In this document: positions 11,524 to 24,436 of the stretch, one piece after another
Position numbering within the stretch: the stretch's first letter is position 1
How the letters are laid out: each line of letters begins with the position of its first letter
Assembly: GCA_024137785.1 (NCBI GenBank)
Contig: JAHRHZ010000070.1
Location: 15,963,153-16,027,152 of the forward strand
Direction: 5' to 3'
DNA: 64,000 bases
Source: Ginglymostoma cirratum
Lineage: Eukaryota
The notes under the pieces: generated by a model
What the model was told of the DNA's origin: nothing
Database searches by the model: none
What the model saw: only the letters and a program-made list of their open reading frames with translations
Position numbers and translations under genes: made by a program

Positions 11524-14500
11524 ACCAGTAGCACTAATCTGTTGTCTTCGGGGTTTGTCAGTTCGAAGCACTGAGACTTTGTGAGAACATCCACATTGTC
11601 TCTGTATAATGCCTGACAGTTACAGGGCACCATGTCTCGTGTTCTCAGTGTGGCTTCTGACCAGTGTCACAGGAGATCTGAAAACACACTTAAAATGCTG
11701 AGTGCTGTAAAATCATAATCTGACTACACAATAGATCATAGTGGGAGAGAGGGAAATTTCTTGCATAGTTGCTGACTTTAAACACATCTTTCAGGTTCCT
11801 TTTTAGATTCTGCTTCTTTGTCAAACCATTGGGGATTAGTCCGTAGCTGCCCTCAAAGCATGATTCAGTTGAAGCGTTCTAACCTTTCTGACTCCATAGT
11901 TAATGATGTGCTAAACCCCAGCAGCTAAGTATTGATATCACAGCTTTACTGAACTGACCGAGCATTAGAGGCAAACAGACAATTTATTAAGGGAATCAGA
12001 GCTGTACAACACCAAATAGAGAGAGTATACTCCACGTGACATAAACATCAAGCTCATTTGCCAAAATATTAGACGTTTGGATCACGGCATCTGACCTGCA
12101 ATTATTCCTTGGATGTACAGTGGGATCATTTATCCAGAATCAATTGTAGCCCATTCCCTCACACTTCCATTGTTCTTTTCGAAATTAGCTGGCATTCAGT
12201 GAGTCAATAGAGTCATAGATGCCAAGTCTGAAATGTGTTTTATTTTTCCCAACACTTCTGCAGAAAAAGAAGTTGCAAGCAAATCTGTTTTTGACATTGC
12301 GCATACAGCCCTATATTTCCTGTTATTCTGGTGCAGGATTTCATTTGGATGGCCTTTATTTCATTCAGTACTGCAAGGGAAACTCCTTAATGTGTGCTAT
12401 TTTCCAGCAGGGAGTGAATCTTAGACCACACCCCGGTCCAGGTTTAGCTTCACACCTGCACTCTCCATCCTCACCATCCTTTTGTTTGGGAGTTGGATCA
12501 ATCCAGTTTACCGTATATTTTCTTGATTCTAACCCTGGCTGTGCCCTGAATTTCTGTCCAATCTTTCAAGAACACCTGTACTTGATCACAAGTCTTGGCT
12601 GATCTCTCTGTGTTGAAGGGCTGTCTGAGGAAGATTAGCTTTTAATAGTGGCTGATAATAGAATTGCAATCAGGCATTCTAAAGGTGACCGTATCAAGAT
12701 ACGAATTTTGCCATTTTTTAACAAAAATCTCCCACTGGTAGAAGGATTTGAAGCTTAATTTCACTTCAACTATTTAACGGTCACCATGACTCATTATTCT
12801 GAAAGTTGGCTTCTTGTGTTTTTCTGCACTCTTATTTTTTTTGAAGAGAGGAGTTGTGTATTTATCCAGTTGGTGCCTTCATACCTCTGCAAAATGCCAC
12901 CAGGGGTGTGGGGGGCATTTTCTGTCTTGAAGGCACTGTATAACAACAACATACCAAATCTTAGGGAGATCAGAAAGCACACTGAGCTTTAATCCCTCTC
13001 CCTTCCCTCCCCATGGCCATTCGACACTAAAAATAAATTGAAGTTGAAACACATTTCAAGCTGTAGGTTATCACAGACACAATTGTCACCTGGAAATTAT
13101 GCTTTATGTCCCCAAAGAAAATGCAGTTTATGAGGCATTTCTGCACCTGGGAATTTCCAAAACGCTGTTGTGTCTCTTTGAAGAAAAATAACTTGTGTTT
13201 GTATAGATCCTTATCAATATCCTCATTCTACTGAGAATTGCTTTAGGTCGTGTTTTCTCCATTTTAGGGCACCTTTATAAAGATAATTTGTGATTGTTCC
13301 AGAGTACTTACCAGCCGATGAATAAGTTTTGAAGTGCTGTTATTGCAGGTAATGAAAGCAGGATGAATGTATACGCTTGCTATTTACTGACAAGCGAAAG
13401 GGCGTCATTGAGTGAAACAGGTTGAGCTTTGGCTTTCTTGTAGATGGTAAAGGTAGGAGTGATATTTGAGCCACTGTTCCATCATTGGCAACCATTTCCC
13501 TGTAGCTCAGATTATTTTTGGGATTGCATTGTGGCTATCATGAGTATTTAATAAAGTTCTGAAGGCTTGTGGCAAAGGAAAAGCAGTGCACTGTAAAATT
13601 TATGCATGGAAATCCAGGGCGGTTTCAGACCTTGTAAGCTGATGTTACCTGTGTTTGTACGGTATGGTGTTTTGGTTTTTGCAATACACAGCTCTGCCTG
13701 GTCGGCAACCCAGGGTTCACATTGCAGCTTGTCAACCTGACGTGATTCAGGACAGGTTCCCTCGGCAAGAGAGACTTGAATGGCTGAGGCAAGGCAATTT
13801 GAGTCACGACGATGGACAGGACATCACTTTTTACCAAGGCTGGGGGGTATTTCTCAAATTCAGGATGAAAATGAGATGCAGCGTTCCACCTGACACCCCT
13901 CCACAAATCCCCAACTTACACACATACCAGGCAGCGAGGGAGTGTGTTCAAACATTTGAAATGCTGGGAATTTGAGGAACTGCATTTTCAGATTGTCACA
14001 GGAAAGCAACATCGTGAAGAAACCTGAGGCATTGACCACCCGCATCAGTAAACCAGGACCTATTGTAGCCCCCACTCTGAGCACCGAATAGAAAAGGGTT
14101 GGAGGGATATGGGCCAAATGCAAGCAAGTGGGACTAGTTTAGTTAGGGGACATGGGCGGCGTGGACTAGTTGGACCAAAGGGTCTACCTCTGTGCTGTTT
14201 GACTGAGTGGATGTGAATCATCAACATCAAAACAAAGCTAAGGGAAAGCATTGTTCAATGGAAAGATCGAAGGAAAGGATGGATAAAATTTTCACTCCAG
14301 GGATGAAACACTGTCCACCAGGCATTGCACGTGTCAGGAAAACATGATCATGTGCCTCTTGAATTGTCACAAAAGCTCAATTGGTCTCATTTATGTTCTT
14401 TTTAACAAAACACATTTTGTGCCCCTGCCCTTAATGGGGATGCAGTTGCACATCAATGCGATTGACTGACCTGTCAGGCCAACTGGGTATTAAGAACCAA

Positions 14501-15480
14501 CCTTGCCAAATGTGCCCACATCCGAGAATGCTTTCTTTTTAAACTGCCTGGTTTTCCAACCTCATCATCCAGGATCACTTCATTGAGCACTTGCTTATTG
14601 AAGGACTTAAGAGAGTTTTTGTTCTTCCAGATGCACCATTGTGGGGGGAAATGTTTTCCGAAGGGTGACGGAGAAACAATTGGCAATAGTAACCAGTGAA
14701 CAGACAGAGAGAGAGAGAGAGAAAATGCATTTATATAGCACCTTTCACAGCTTCATTTGACAGCCTATCTCATTTTTTGGCACTGTTTGCTGTCATTGTA
14801 ACATCTGCAACACATGGAGTGAAAGCACATTGCCACTGGAGATGCACATTATTCCATGAAGTATGTGGAATATGCAACACCCAAGAGGAGTGTCACGGTG
14901 TGAATGTACAAAGCTGAGCCTGATCATAGTGCTACTACCTAGGTGTGGCTTGTACCTGCTGTGGTTTCTGTAAATCGGGTGAGATATTCTTTGTCTGGAC
15001 ACGACTGGCATTTAGAACAGGTTTTGGAGCCTTCATTTCTCACTGCTGTACAATCCTCTTCAATGCTCATGTCTTTGTGCAAGAGACACTCCCGGTCTCT
15101 GATCCTGTCTTCCAGAACTGTGGCTAAGATCACAACTCTATGCATGAGGCCTGTCTAATTTTTAAACAAAGGGTGTCTTTGGTACAGGGCAACTGACTTA
15201 GCACAACGTCTATATTGGAAAAATAATGGTGCAGATTGACTAACAGAATAATAGCCAGTCAATGAGCTGAGATGTCCAAGGTATGTCTTATTGCTGTTGT
15301 GGTTTCATTGGAAACAGGGGATGTGTTTGATTGGCAGAAATTGTTTCTTGTCTACTTTGTTTTATTTTCAACCTTTGATGTGTCACTGATATGTAAAAGC
15401 ATAGACAGTCTTCAGAAAACAGATGAGTGTGAATTTAAGTCCCAATACAGAGATTAGAGTAGAAAAGAAATTTATGACTA

Positions 15481-16110
15481 GCATTCAGTACTGAGGGAGT
15501 GCTGCACTGCCAGAGATGCTGTCTTCTGGGTTCGGCATTAAACTCATCTGCCTTTTAGGGGTGGATTTGCAAGATTGCAGAGTTCTGTTTGAAGAAGGGC
15601 ATTCTCTTGCAGATTATCACCATCATTGTTTTGAGTACTTCTCTGGTGGTAAATGGAGAGAGTTCAGATAGTGACATGCAGTGAAATGCTTTCTTTTGCT
15701 CCTGTCCCCTTTCATTGGCTTAAGAAAGGAGAGATTTCAGAGTTTCAGTGCTGAGGAAAGGCCAAGCTGAACCATAAATTCTGTTTCTCCACAGATGCTG
15801 CCCAATCTGCTGAGTGTTTTCACTTTTTTTTTTCTGTTCTTGTTTCAGATTTTCAGTACCTGTGGTTCTTCACTTTTGCATTTTAAGTTATTCCCAGTGT
15901 CTTTGGCATCATTTACTAAGTATTGCTAGCACTAAAACATATTCTAGTCCTTATCAATAGTATCGTTATTGCTAGGAGCTTGCTGTCTGCAAATTGGTTG
16001 CCAGGTTCTATCCTTTACAACAGTAACCATACTTTAAGAAACAGTCTTCACTTGTAAATGGGGATGCCCTGATGTGATAAAAGGCACTCTTAAAATTCCA
16101 TTTCTTTCTC
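15481..16110 (+). mobile_element. Deu-domain SINE (SacSINE1/AmnSINE-like) remnant, interrupted
   Basis: cagtactgagggagtgctgcactg...ggagcttgctgtctgcaaattggttgcc...aaaggcactcttaaaat; Penelope-like fragment at about 15745-15880 inside. Confidence 0.65.
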
Positions 16111-16142
16111 TCTGTTGATGCTATTTGCCATCTTCGTTTAAT

Positions 16143-16470
16143 TCATAGAATCATAGAATCTCTACAGTGTGGAAATAGGCCATTCGGCCCAACAAGTCCA
16201 CACATCCCCTCCGAAGATCATCCCACCCAGACCCATTCCCCTAATTTCCCCATGTCTAACCCACCTACCCTAAACATCCCTGGGCACTACAGGCAATTTA
16301 GCATGGCCAAGCCAGCTACCCTGCGCATTTTTGGACTGTGGAAGGAAACCGGAGCACCCGGAGGAAACCCACGCAGACACGGGGAGAACGTGCAAACTCC
16401 ACACAGACAGTTACCTGAGGTTGGAATTGAATCCGGGTCCCTGGCGTTGTGAGGCAGCAGTGCTAACCAA
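16143..16470 (-). mobile_element. HE1-type V-SINE
   Basis: tcatagaa tail repeats and reverse-complement V-domain. Confidence 0.9.
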
Positions 16471-17984
16471 ATTGCGCTTTGTTTTACAGGATTTGGGAGG
16501 GTGAACAGCACAGTGATTTGGGGGGTTTTGAGGATCCTGTTCAATGATTAGTCAGGAATTAGAAGGAGATAGAATATCCATTAAAGGTAGTTGTGTAAGT
16601 GTGTAGCACATAAGCACCTAAGAATATAGAGTTGCAGAATTGATCAAGATTTTTAAGATGGAAAATTGGATGCTATCATGACTAAACAGTACAGAGACCT
16701 AACGGCCAAGTGTCATAGAGTCATAGAACGTACAGCATGGAAACAGACCTTTTAGTCCAACTTGTCCATGCCAACCAGATATCCTAAATTAATCTAGTCT
16801 TATTTGTTAGCATTTGGCCCATGTCCCTCTAAACTCTTCCTGTTCATGTACCCATCCAGATGCCTTTTAAATGTTGTACTTGTATGGCGTTGTAGAGATG
16901 TACAGCATGGAAAGTGGCTCTGCAAAGTTGGCTCCATTGTCCAGGGTAACTAACTACCTAGGTTTAAATAGCCTAGAGGCAAATTTTCACTTAGAATTTA
17001 TGCTGGTATCCTTGGTGTGTCCTACCCCATTGCCTTTTCACAATTAGTGCCTGCATTCAATATGAAGTTTAATTTATTTCTACCGAAGCACTATAAAGGG
17101 CCTGAAGCAGCACAAGCAATGGAGTGCTTGGAACTGCTTGGTAATTTATCAAGAAAAAATGATTTCCTCTTCCTTCAGACATGTTCTGGGGATGATCCAG
17201 AAAGCAGCACAGTATGTCGAACAGTTTTGCCCCTGCAGTTTGTTGTCAGATGTAGCACAGACAGTGATGTATCTCGAAGATGTTCAGAAGTGCTCCCACG
17301 TGCTGGCTTGTCCCAGAGCAATAATGCTGCGTCTGCTCTACTTGAGAGTAAATATTTAGTAGCGATGTCTGGAATGTGCTTCGTTACTTCATCAGCAGCA
17401 GCATCCTGTGGGAGCTGTGGTCCGGGAAATTTCCAGAATCGAACCCCCCCCCCCCCACCCGTCTCCATCTGTTACCTTTTCTCAAAAATATATGGAAAGT
17501 CTAGACTGTGGTGCGTTCCAACTTTTGTCATGTCCATCTCCATGCTCGTTTGGAGGTATTTATTCAGTTAGTGTTTTTGTTTTGACATATTTGGCACAGC
17601 TTCTGTTGGCTGCTGTGCTTCACTTTTAGCCAGACTTGTCTTAACATTTTCAAACATGTACTTTACCCTATGCCCAGCTGAGGCTAATTTTGGACCCTGT
17701 CTGTCACCCCAGCCATGAGATAGAAACCCTACCAGATTAGCAGTGGGACACGATCAGAGCTGGCTTCATACCAGGGAATGCAGCTTTGAGCTGCCCTCTT
17801 TAGTTCGTTCACATTCACCATCCAGACCTGGTCACCTGTCGGATTTGTCCTTCATTGGCCCTGGCTCCAAATCCTAGAATTCCCTCCCTCACAACTCTGT
17901 GGGGCTCACCTACACCATATGGGCTCCAGTGGTTCAAAACGGAAGCTCACTACCATCATCTTCTCAAGGGAAGCTAGTGCTTAG

Positions 17985-18348
17985 TGGTGGCACGGTGGCT
18001 CTGTGGTTAGCACTGCTGCTTTACAGCACCAGGAACCCAGATTCGATTCCAGCCTTGGGTGACTGTCTGTGTGGAGTTTGCACGTTCTCCCCGTGTCTGA
18101 GTGGGTTTCCTCTGGGTGCTCCGGTTTCCTCCCACAGTCCAAAGGTATGCAGGTCAGGTGGATTGGCCATGCTACATGACCCCGTAGTGCCCAGGGATGT
18201 GCAGGCCAGATGGATTAGTCGTGGTAAATGCAGAGCTATGGGGATAAGGTAGAGGGGAGGGTCTGGTGGGATGCTCTTTGGAGATTCGGAGTGGACTCGA
18301 TGGGCCAAGTGCCCTGTTTCTACACTGTAGGGTTTCAGTGATTCTGTG
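17985..18348 (+). mobile_element. HE1-type V-SINE inserted in a LINE 3' tail (17850-17980)
   Basis: Full head, V-domain and tail. Confidence 0.9.
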
Positions 18349-18799
18349 GTCAATGGCTGGCATCTTTGCTAGCTCTGCCTCCTTCCAAGCATTAATTATT
18401 TATGATCATTTCACATTCCGATTTTACATTGAGATTAACACATTGGGTGGAGATATAAAGTTGTGAAAGCAAAGTGCACTGCCTAAGAAGGAATATTGAA
18501 AAGATTAATCCTATTTGTAGCAATTGGTCATCAACCTGATAGTACATGGACTGTAGTCGTAGAGATTTAAAGTTTTAAAGGGAAGAGTGGTGGGAAGATA
18601 TAGAGGAGCAGTAGTGACTGGGAAGTGTCTGTCTACACTGGTGGAAGTGCAGATGATCAATGGTTTCAAAGAGAGGTTGGACGAGAGAAATAAGTACCTG
18701 GGCTGTGGGGGATAAAGTGAGTAGATGGAACTGACAGAATTCCCTCTCCATGGAGCAGGCACGGTCATGAATGGGTTCCCTCCTCCCGTATCCTGAAGA

Positions 18800-19640
18800 T
18801 GATGTTAGGAACGCTGAATTGTGGAGGCATTGGTGCTGATCTTTCAGGAATCACTAGAGGGTCATGGAAGATTGGAAAATGGTTAATGTGAACCTCCCCA
18901 TCCCCTATAAGAAGGGAGGGAGGCAGAAGATGGAGAATTATAGGTCGGTTGGCCTAGCCTCAGTCATTGGAAAGATTTTAGAGTTCATTATTAAGAGATT
19001 GCAGAATACTTGGAAGTGCGTGGTAAAATTGGGCAGAGTCAGCACGGTTTTCTCAAGGGAAGGTCATGCCTGTTAGAATTCTTTGAGGAGGTAACAAGCA
19101 AATTAGACAAAGGAGAGCCACTGGACGTGATCTGTTTGGATTTCCAGAAGGCCTTTGACAAGGTGCCACATTGGGAGGCTGCTAAATAAGATGAATCCAT
19201 GGCATTAGGGGCAATGTATTGGCATGGATAGAGGATCAACTGACATGCAGAAGATAGAAAGTAGGGATAAAGAGATCTTTTTCATGATGGCAGCCAATGA
19301 CTAGTGAAGTTCCGCAAGGATCAGTGTTGGGACCACAACAATTCACATTATACGTTACCGATCTGGACGAAGGAACTCTGGGCATTCTTGCTATGTTTAC
19401 AGATGATAAAGATAGGTGGAGGGACAAATAGTGTTAAGGAAGAGGGAAGGCTGCAGATGGGCTTGGACAGGCTAGGTGAGTGGGCAAATAAATGGCATAT
19501 GGAATACAATGTGGGAAGGCGTGAGGCTATGCACTTTGGTAGGAAGAATAGAGGCATAAACTATTTTCTAAACAATGAAAGGCTTCAGAAATCTGAAGCA
19601 CTAAAGGACCTGGGAGTTCTAGTTCAGGACTCTCTTAAGG
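18800..19640 (+). mobile_element. CR1 LINE reverse-transcriptase fragment (frameshifted)
   Basis: EDWKMVNV..YKKG..ENYRSVGL, DFQKAFDKVPH, VPQGSVLGP, LDRLGEWANKW, DLGVLVQDSLK. Confidence 0.92.
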
Positions 19641-19667
19641 TACCAGTTAGGACAAGAAGAACATTGT

Positions 19668-20110
19668 TAACATAGAAACATAGAAAACAGGAGCAAGAGT
19701 GGGCCATTCAGCCCTTTGGGCCTGCTGCACCAATTCAGTATGATTACGACTGATCATCCAACTCAGTCTGATTCCACTTTCTGTCCATAACCTTTAATCC
19801 CTTAAACCCTAAGAACTATACCTAACTACCTCTTGAACACATTAAACATTTTGGGCTCAACTGTTTTCTGTGACAGAGAATCCCACAGGTTCACCATTTG
19901 CTAGGTAAAGAAATCTCTCCTCATCTCAGTCCCAAATGGCCCACCCCATACCTTCACACTGTTTTGGATTCCTGAGTCATCTGGTACATCGTGCTCTGTC
20001 TAGTCCTGTTAAAATTTTATAGGTTTCTGTGAGATACTCCTAATTTTTCTAAACTTCATAGTCCTAATCTATGTCTCTCCATATGCCATCACAGGAATTG
20101 GTCTGGTGAC
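19668..20110 (-). mobile_element. CR1 LINE 3' end
   Basis: acatagaaacatagaaaacaggagcaagagtgggccattcagccc tail. Confidence 0.8.
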
Positions 20111-21512
20111 AACGTAAGGTCTTTGGGATGCTCCAATCTAGAGAGGGCAAAGGCATGAACAAGGGGCAGTCTGTAGCCGATAGCTGAGGCAGAGTGGAGA
20201 TGGATGCTGTAGTTACTGCAGGTGGAGATGGATGCTGTAAATAATGACATGACGCACAGTTGGAAACTCATCTTGGGTTTTAAAAAGGCTCAGAGGTTGC
20301 AAGGGGTCTTAGACACCTTAGACAGTTGCCAGGAAGAGAGATGGAGTTGGTGGCGTGGCACAGAGACAGACAATAACATCAATCTGTTATTTGGATGAAA
20401 TCTTGGCAGATCCCATGTTCTGTGTCGGTGAAATAATCTGACACATTGCAGACAAACATTCACAAGATAATCACAAGGTCAAGGTCTGGAGTTGGGCCCT
20501 GGACTTGCCAGAGTGGGTGCAAGGATAAAAAAGTGAGAAGTACAAAGGAAAGGGAGAAAGGCCTGGTGGTTTAGTTGTAATTTCCAGAGTGGCACAGTGA
20601 TAAATGCCCTTACCTCTGATCTAGAAGGTTCAAGTCCCACTTGCCCCAGGTGCGTGTCATAAGTTAGTTGAAAAGATTATAATTTGCAGAGTTTCAAAAC
20701 CTCACAAGAAGATTGAGCATTTATTGCAAGAGAAATGCATAATAGTTATCCTTTGAAAGTTGCATTTACAATAAAAAGAAGTCTGTGTTACTGTGACACA
20801 ATAAATCTTGCAGCAAGTGAGCCATTTTGTTTTAGCAGCTCGCCTGTTTAGGCGGGTGTCAGTTTGCAGACATTATGTTTCTCAATGAACGTCAATCCAA
20901 TTTGCTGCTGGCAGCCCAGAGACAGAGAGAAAATTACAAGAGAAAATGAATAATTTATTGCCGTATCAGCTTGAGAGCACTGCGTGTATCTGAGCTGGTT
21001 TTACAGAATCCATGTGCTGTGGAGAGGGAAAGCTGTGGTGGGGGGTGCAGAGAGTTAAATTCTCCTATCACGGATGTTATATTGTTGGTGTTTAAGATTC
21101 CGATTCCATGTTCAACAGTAGCCAGTTCACATCTCTCTCAATATTTACAGTGTTTTGGAACGAACCTGAAAAAAAAGAGAGGTTTTCTTTTAAACCGAGA
21201 AATTGAGAGGGGGTGTTTGTCAGGTCCAGCATTGTCCGTGTCACTGAGCTCCAAGTCCCATTTTAATTGTCATTCAAAATCAAGCTACTCAAAGCAGCCT
21301 GTATCGCGTGTGAGTCTGTTCACAACAGCTCTCTGCTGGTGTTCATTTCTCTCTCAAAATGGCCGGTTTACATTGTACAGAGCAGTCTGGGGGCCCTGTC
21401 AGCTGCTGAGGCTGCAGTGTGTCATGTTTTGACATGGCTGCCTGTTGTCTCGATGTGCATTTTGTTCATCTCAGTAGCACTCCCAGTTCTGCCCTTGATA
21501 TAGGAGGCAGCA

Positions 21513-21543
21513 ATGAGCATCTGCAGTGCAGTGATAGTATCAG
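21513..21543 (+). CDS. Candidate alternative first coding exon (MSICSAVIVS-)
   Basis: gcagcaATG AGC ATC TGC AGT GCA GTG ATA GTA TCA G|gtgggt: 31 nt, phase 1, in frame with exon A; in-frame TAG just upstream at 21501. Confidence 0.4.
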
Positions 21544-23599
21544 GTGGGTAAAAAAGACAAGCACTGCTTGTAGTCGACATGTTCATAGTGATCTATCTGA
21601 TGTGATCAAGTGTTTATTTGTAAATTCCTCCCCGGTGTTGGGTTTAAAGGCTGGCCGGGACTGCCACCTTGTGGATTCCCAGTGTCTCAGCAGTCTTTGA
21701 CATTCTGTCAGAGATGCTGAGGGTATTCAATGTAGCTTCACAGAGTTAAGTATCAAATGTTGTTACAATCAAGAGCTTCGTCTGAGCATTTTGGAATAAT
21801 GTTGCAAAAGCAGCCCTGATTTTAGGCTGTTACGGTTTTGATACACAGGAACTAATAAAGGCGACTTTTGAAAGAGGAAACCTGATAAAAACGTCACCTT
21901 GTTGCATCATCCTTCAGAAAACCCTCACCCCTGCTCCATTTTCTGCCACTTTGCCCCTTGATGGCAATGCATTAGAACTGCTGCACAGGATTTTAGAAGT
22001 TATCCAGCACCTTGCTGCTACAGAGGATTCTGAGATGAATGCAGGAATTATGTAGAATGTATGCAGCACAGAAACAGGCTATTCAGCCAGCTGATTCCTT
22101 GCCCATGTTTACACTTCCCATGAGTTTTTCCTGCCATCCTTCATCATCTGAACTCATTGACGTAATGTTCTGTTCCTTTCTCCACCATTTGTTTATGTAA
22201 TATCCTTTAAATATATCGATGGTGTGCACCTTAGCTTCTGTTTGGAATATGGAATTTTGCTACCACAACCAATCTCTCAGTGAAGAAAGGTTCTGCTGAA
22301 TTGCTTGTTGAACTTATTAATTACTGTCTCGGATTTAGTTTTAGTCTCTCCATATAAATAAACACAGACATTTTCCCTAAGTATTCCCAGCTGAATGGGT
22401 TCATAGCTTAAAGGACCTTTATGGGGTCACTTCCTCAGTTTTCACGTATACAGAAAATATCCCCGGCCTGTTCAATCTTTCCTACTAATTACAACCTCTC
22501 AGTCATTGTAATGCCTTAGTGAAATCTTTGGCACATCTTCACAGACACCGAAAAGTTCAGGGGTCAGCAGGACCATTTTGCCGTACAATGTGGCGGTATA
22601 ATTTGGGGCGGTGGGCTGTGAGAGGCTGATTCCACCACGCATCTCGTGAGCAGGAGTTGCAGCTGAAACACTGCGTCGCACTGGCACAGGGATTCATGAG
22701 GTCACCTACCATGCCCGCAGAATCGACACTCCCAAGGTGCGCACTTTAGGCGCCTGCTGTTCTGGGAGATGTTCCCCAGAGATGTGATGAAGCCCAGGCA
22801 ACACAAACTCTGTTGTTTAACCAAAATAAGCACTAACCACTTTACTGTGCACTCTGGTATGTGCCTGTATACCCTGTGTCTTCTGATTCCAATCATTTCA
22901 AAATAATCAGCCTTCGGACTGAAAATGCTGGAGCTCCATCGAATGTATTTCATGCATTTTTTGCATGTGGCTGGGCGACTGTAGACTGATACATTGTTAA
23001 TGGCGCGTGACTGCAGTGCAGCAGTAAAATGGCTAACCCTGGAATTGCATCCTCATAATTGTTAGTTCCTGCTTCTTTATAAATAGTATCCCATGATTAG
23101 CTGTAGGAAGGGTGTGGGATCATTGCTTGTAACTACCTATGCACCAAATATACCTGAGGAGGGGGCATTTGTTGTTATAAAAGGATGATTCTCCACCTGA
23201 ACCTGCCGTAAAGAAACGAGAATTTTAGTTAGACGCTGTGTTTGTCATTCTTCTTATTAGCCACTTGTGTTGAATGTGCTAGAATATGTAAAAACCCGGA
23301 CTAGGACAGAGCAAAACCACTCAAGCTATAAATAAACCCTTCAGCTTTATGTCAGAAATTTTCAATAAGCTTAGCAGGATTATTGGAAATGAGCCCCAGA
23401 TGAGTGTGAATGTTCACAATCACCGTACAAGCACAGCAGTAACAACTCGTGAATGTAAAGTGCAGATTGACGGGGAAAGTTAGATTCAGTCGAGATAATG
23501 GATACTGTGCACTGCAAAAGCTAATACACCCAATAAAGAGGCCTCCATTTTGTCTGTTTCAATAGTGCTTTGGTTCAGAAGGGAGGGTCTGTTTCTGTA

Positions 23600-23989
23600 T
23601 TTGTGTGTGCGCGTGCGAGGTCGCGCGCCCGCCCAACCGTGTGTGTATGGGAGCGCGTGTCCATTTGTCCGTGCCCGCGCCCCTCTCTCTGTGTGTGATT
23701 GCGCATGCACCCCTCCCTGTGTGTGTGAGCATGTGCGTGCGCACGTGCCCATCCGTCCATGTGCATGTGCGTGCACACACCTCCACGTGTGTGTGCGTGC
23801 GCGCACGCACATGTGTATATACGTGCATCCCTGTGTGTGTGTGCATGTGAGCACATGTCCCTGTGTGTGTGTACGCCCCTGTATGTGTGATTGTGTATGT
23901 GTGGATGAATGTTCGTGTGTATGTGTGGGTAAATGTCCGTGTGTGTGTGTCTCCGCTCGTGTGAATGTTCTTTTGTGCGTGCACGCACA

Positions 23990-24031
<42 letters not shown>

Positions 24032-24140
24032 TATGTGTGTGCGCACGTGTACATCCCTGTGTGTGTGTGCACACGTGTCCCTCTTTGTGTGTGTGTGTGT
24101 GTGTGCACGCACGCGCCCGCCTGTATGCACGCATGCACAC
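23600..24140. repeat. Long degenerate (TG/CG/CA)n alternating purine-pyrimidine microsatellite
   Basis: About 540 bp; pure (GT)n core at about 23993-24030; many CpG steps. Confidence 0.95.
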
Positions 24141-24436
24141 CCTGAGGTAGATCATTTGTTGTTAAGTAAGGGTATTAAGGGTTATGGGCCAAAGGAATCA
24201 GGCCACCCATCAGCCATGATCTCATTGAATGCCAGACAGGCTTGAGGGACTGAGTGGCCTGCTTCTGTTCCTCTGTGTGTCTTTGTGTATGTGCTCACAT
24301 CATTCAATGTGGGATTGATCCTAGCTGATCTTCACACCATTAAATACTTTAATGTGTATTTGTTTTTAACTTGTTACTGACTTTTTTTGATAAAAGACAG
24401 GATTCTTATAATGGTTTATTTTTCCTCTCTGCACAG

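Noticed and set aside
13149-13158. Isolated perfect kappaB sites (also 1401-1410)
   Set aside because: Single short motifs without a supporting cluster can arise by chance in 64 kb
17017-17571. 184-aa ORF
   Set aside because: GTG start, no recognisable domain, includes a poly-C run, and no phase-compatible exon structure was found
23486-24245. Long His/Thr- and Cys/Val-rich ORFs (up to 231 aa) on both strands
   Set aside because: They are translations of the (TG/CA)n microsatellite, which lacks stop codons
1-24436. Upstream ZMIZ1 exons (MNSMDRHIQQ..., VVSRVAAQQGFDLDLGY...)
   Set aside because: Not found by eye or in the ORF track; presumed to lie 5' of the window
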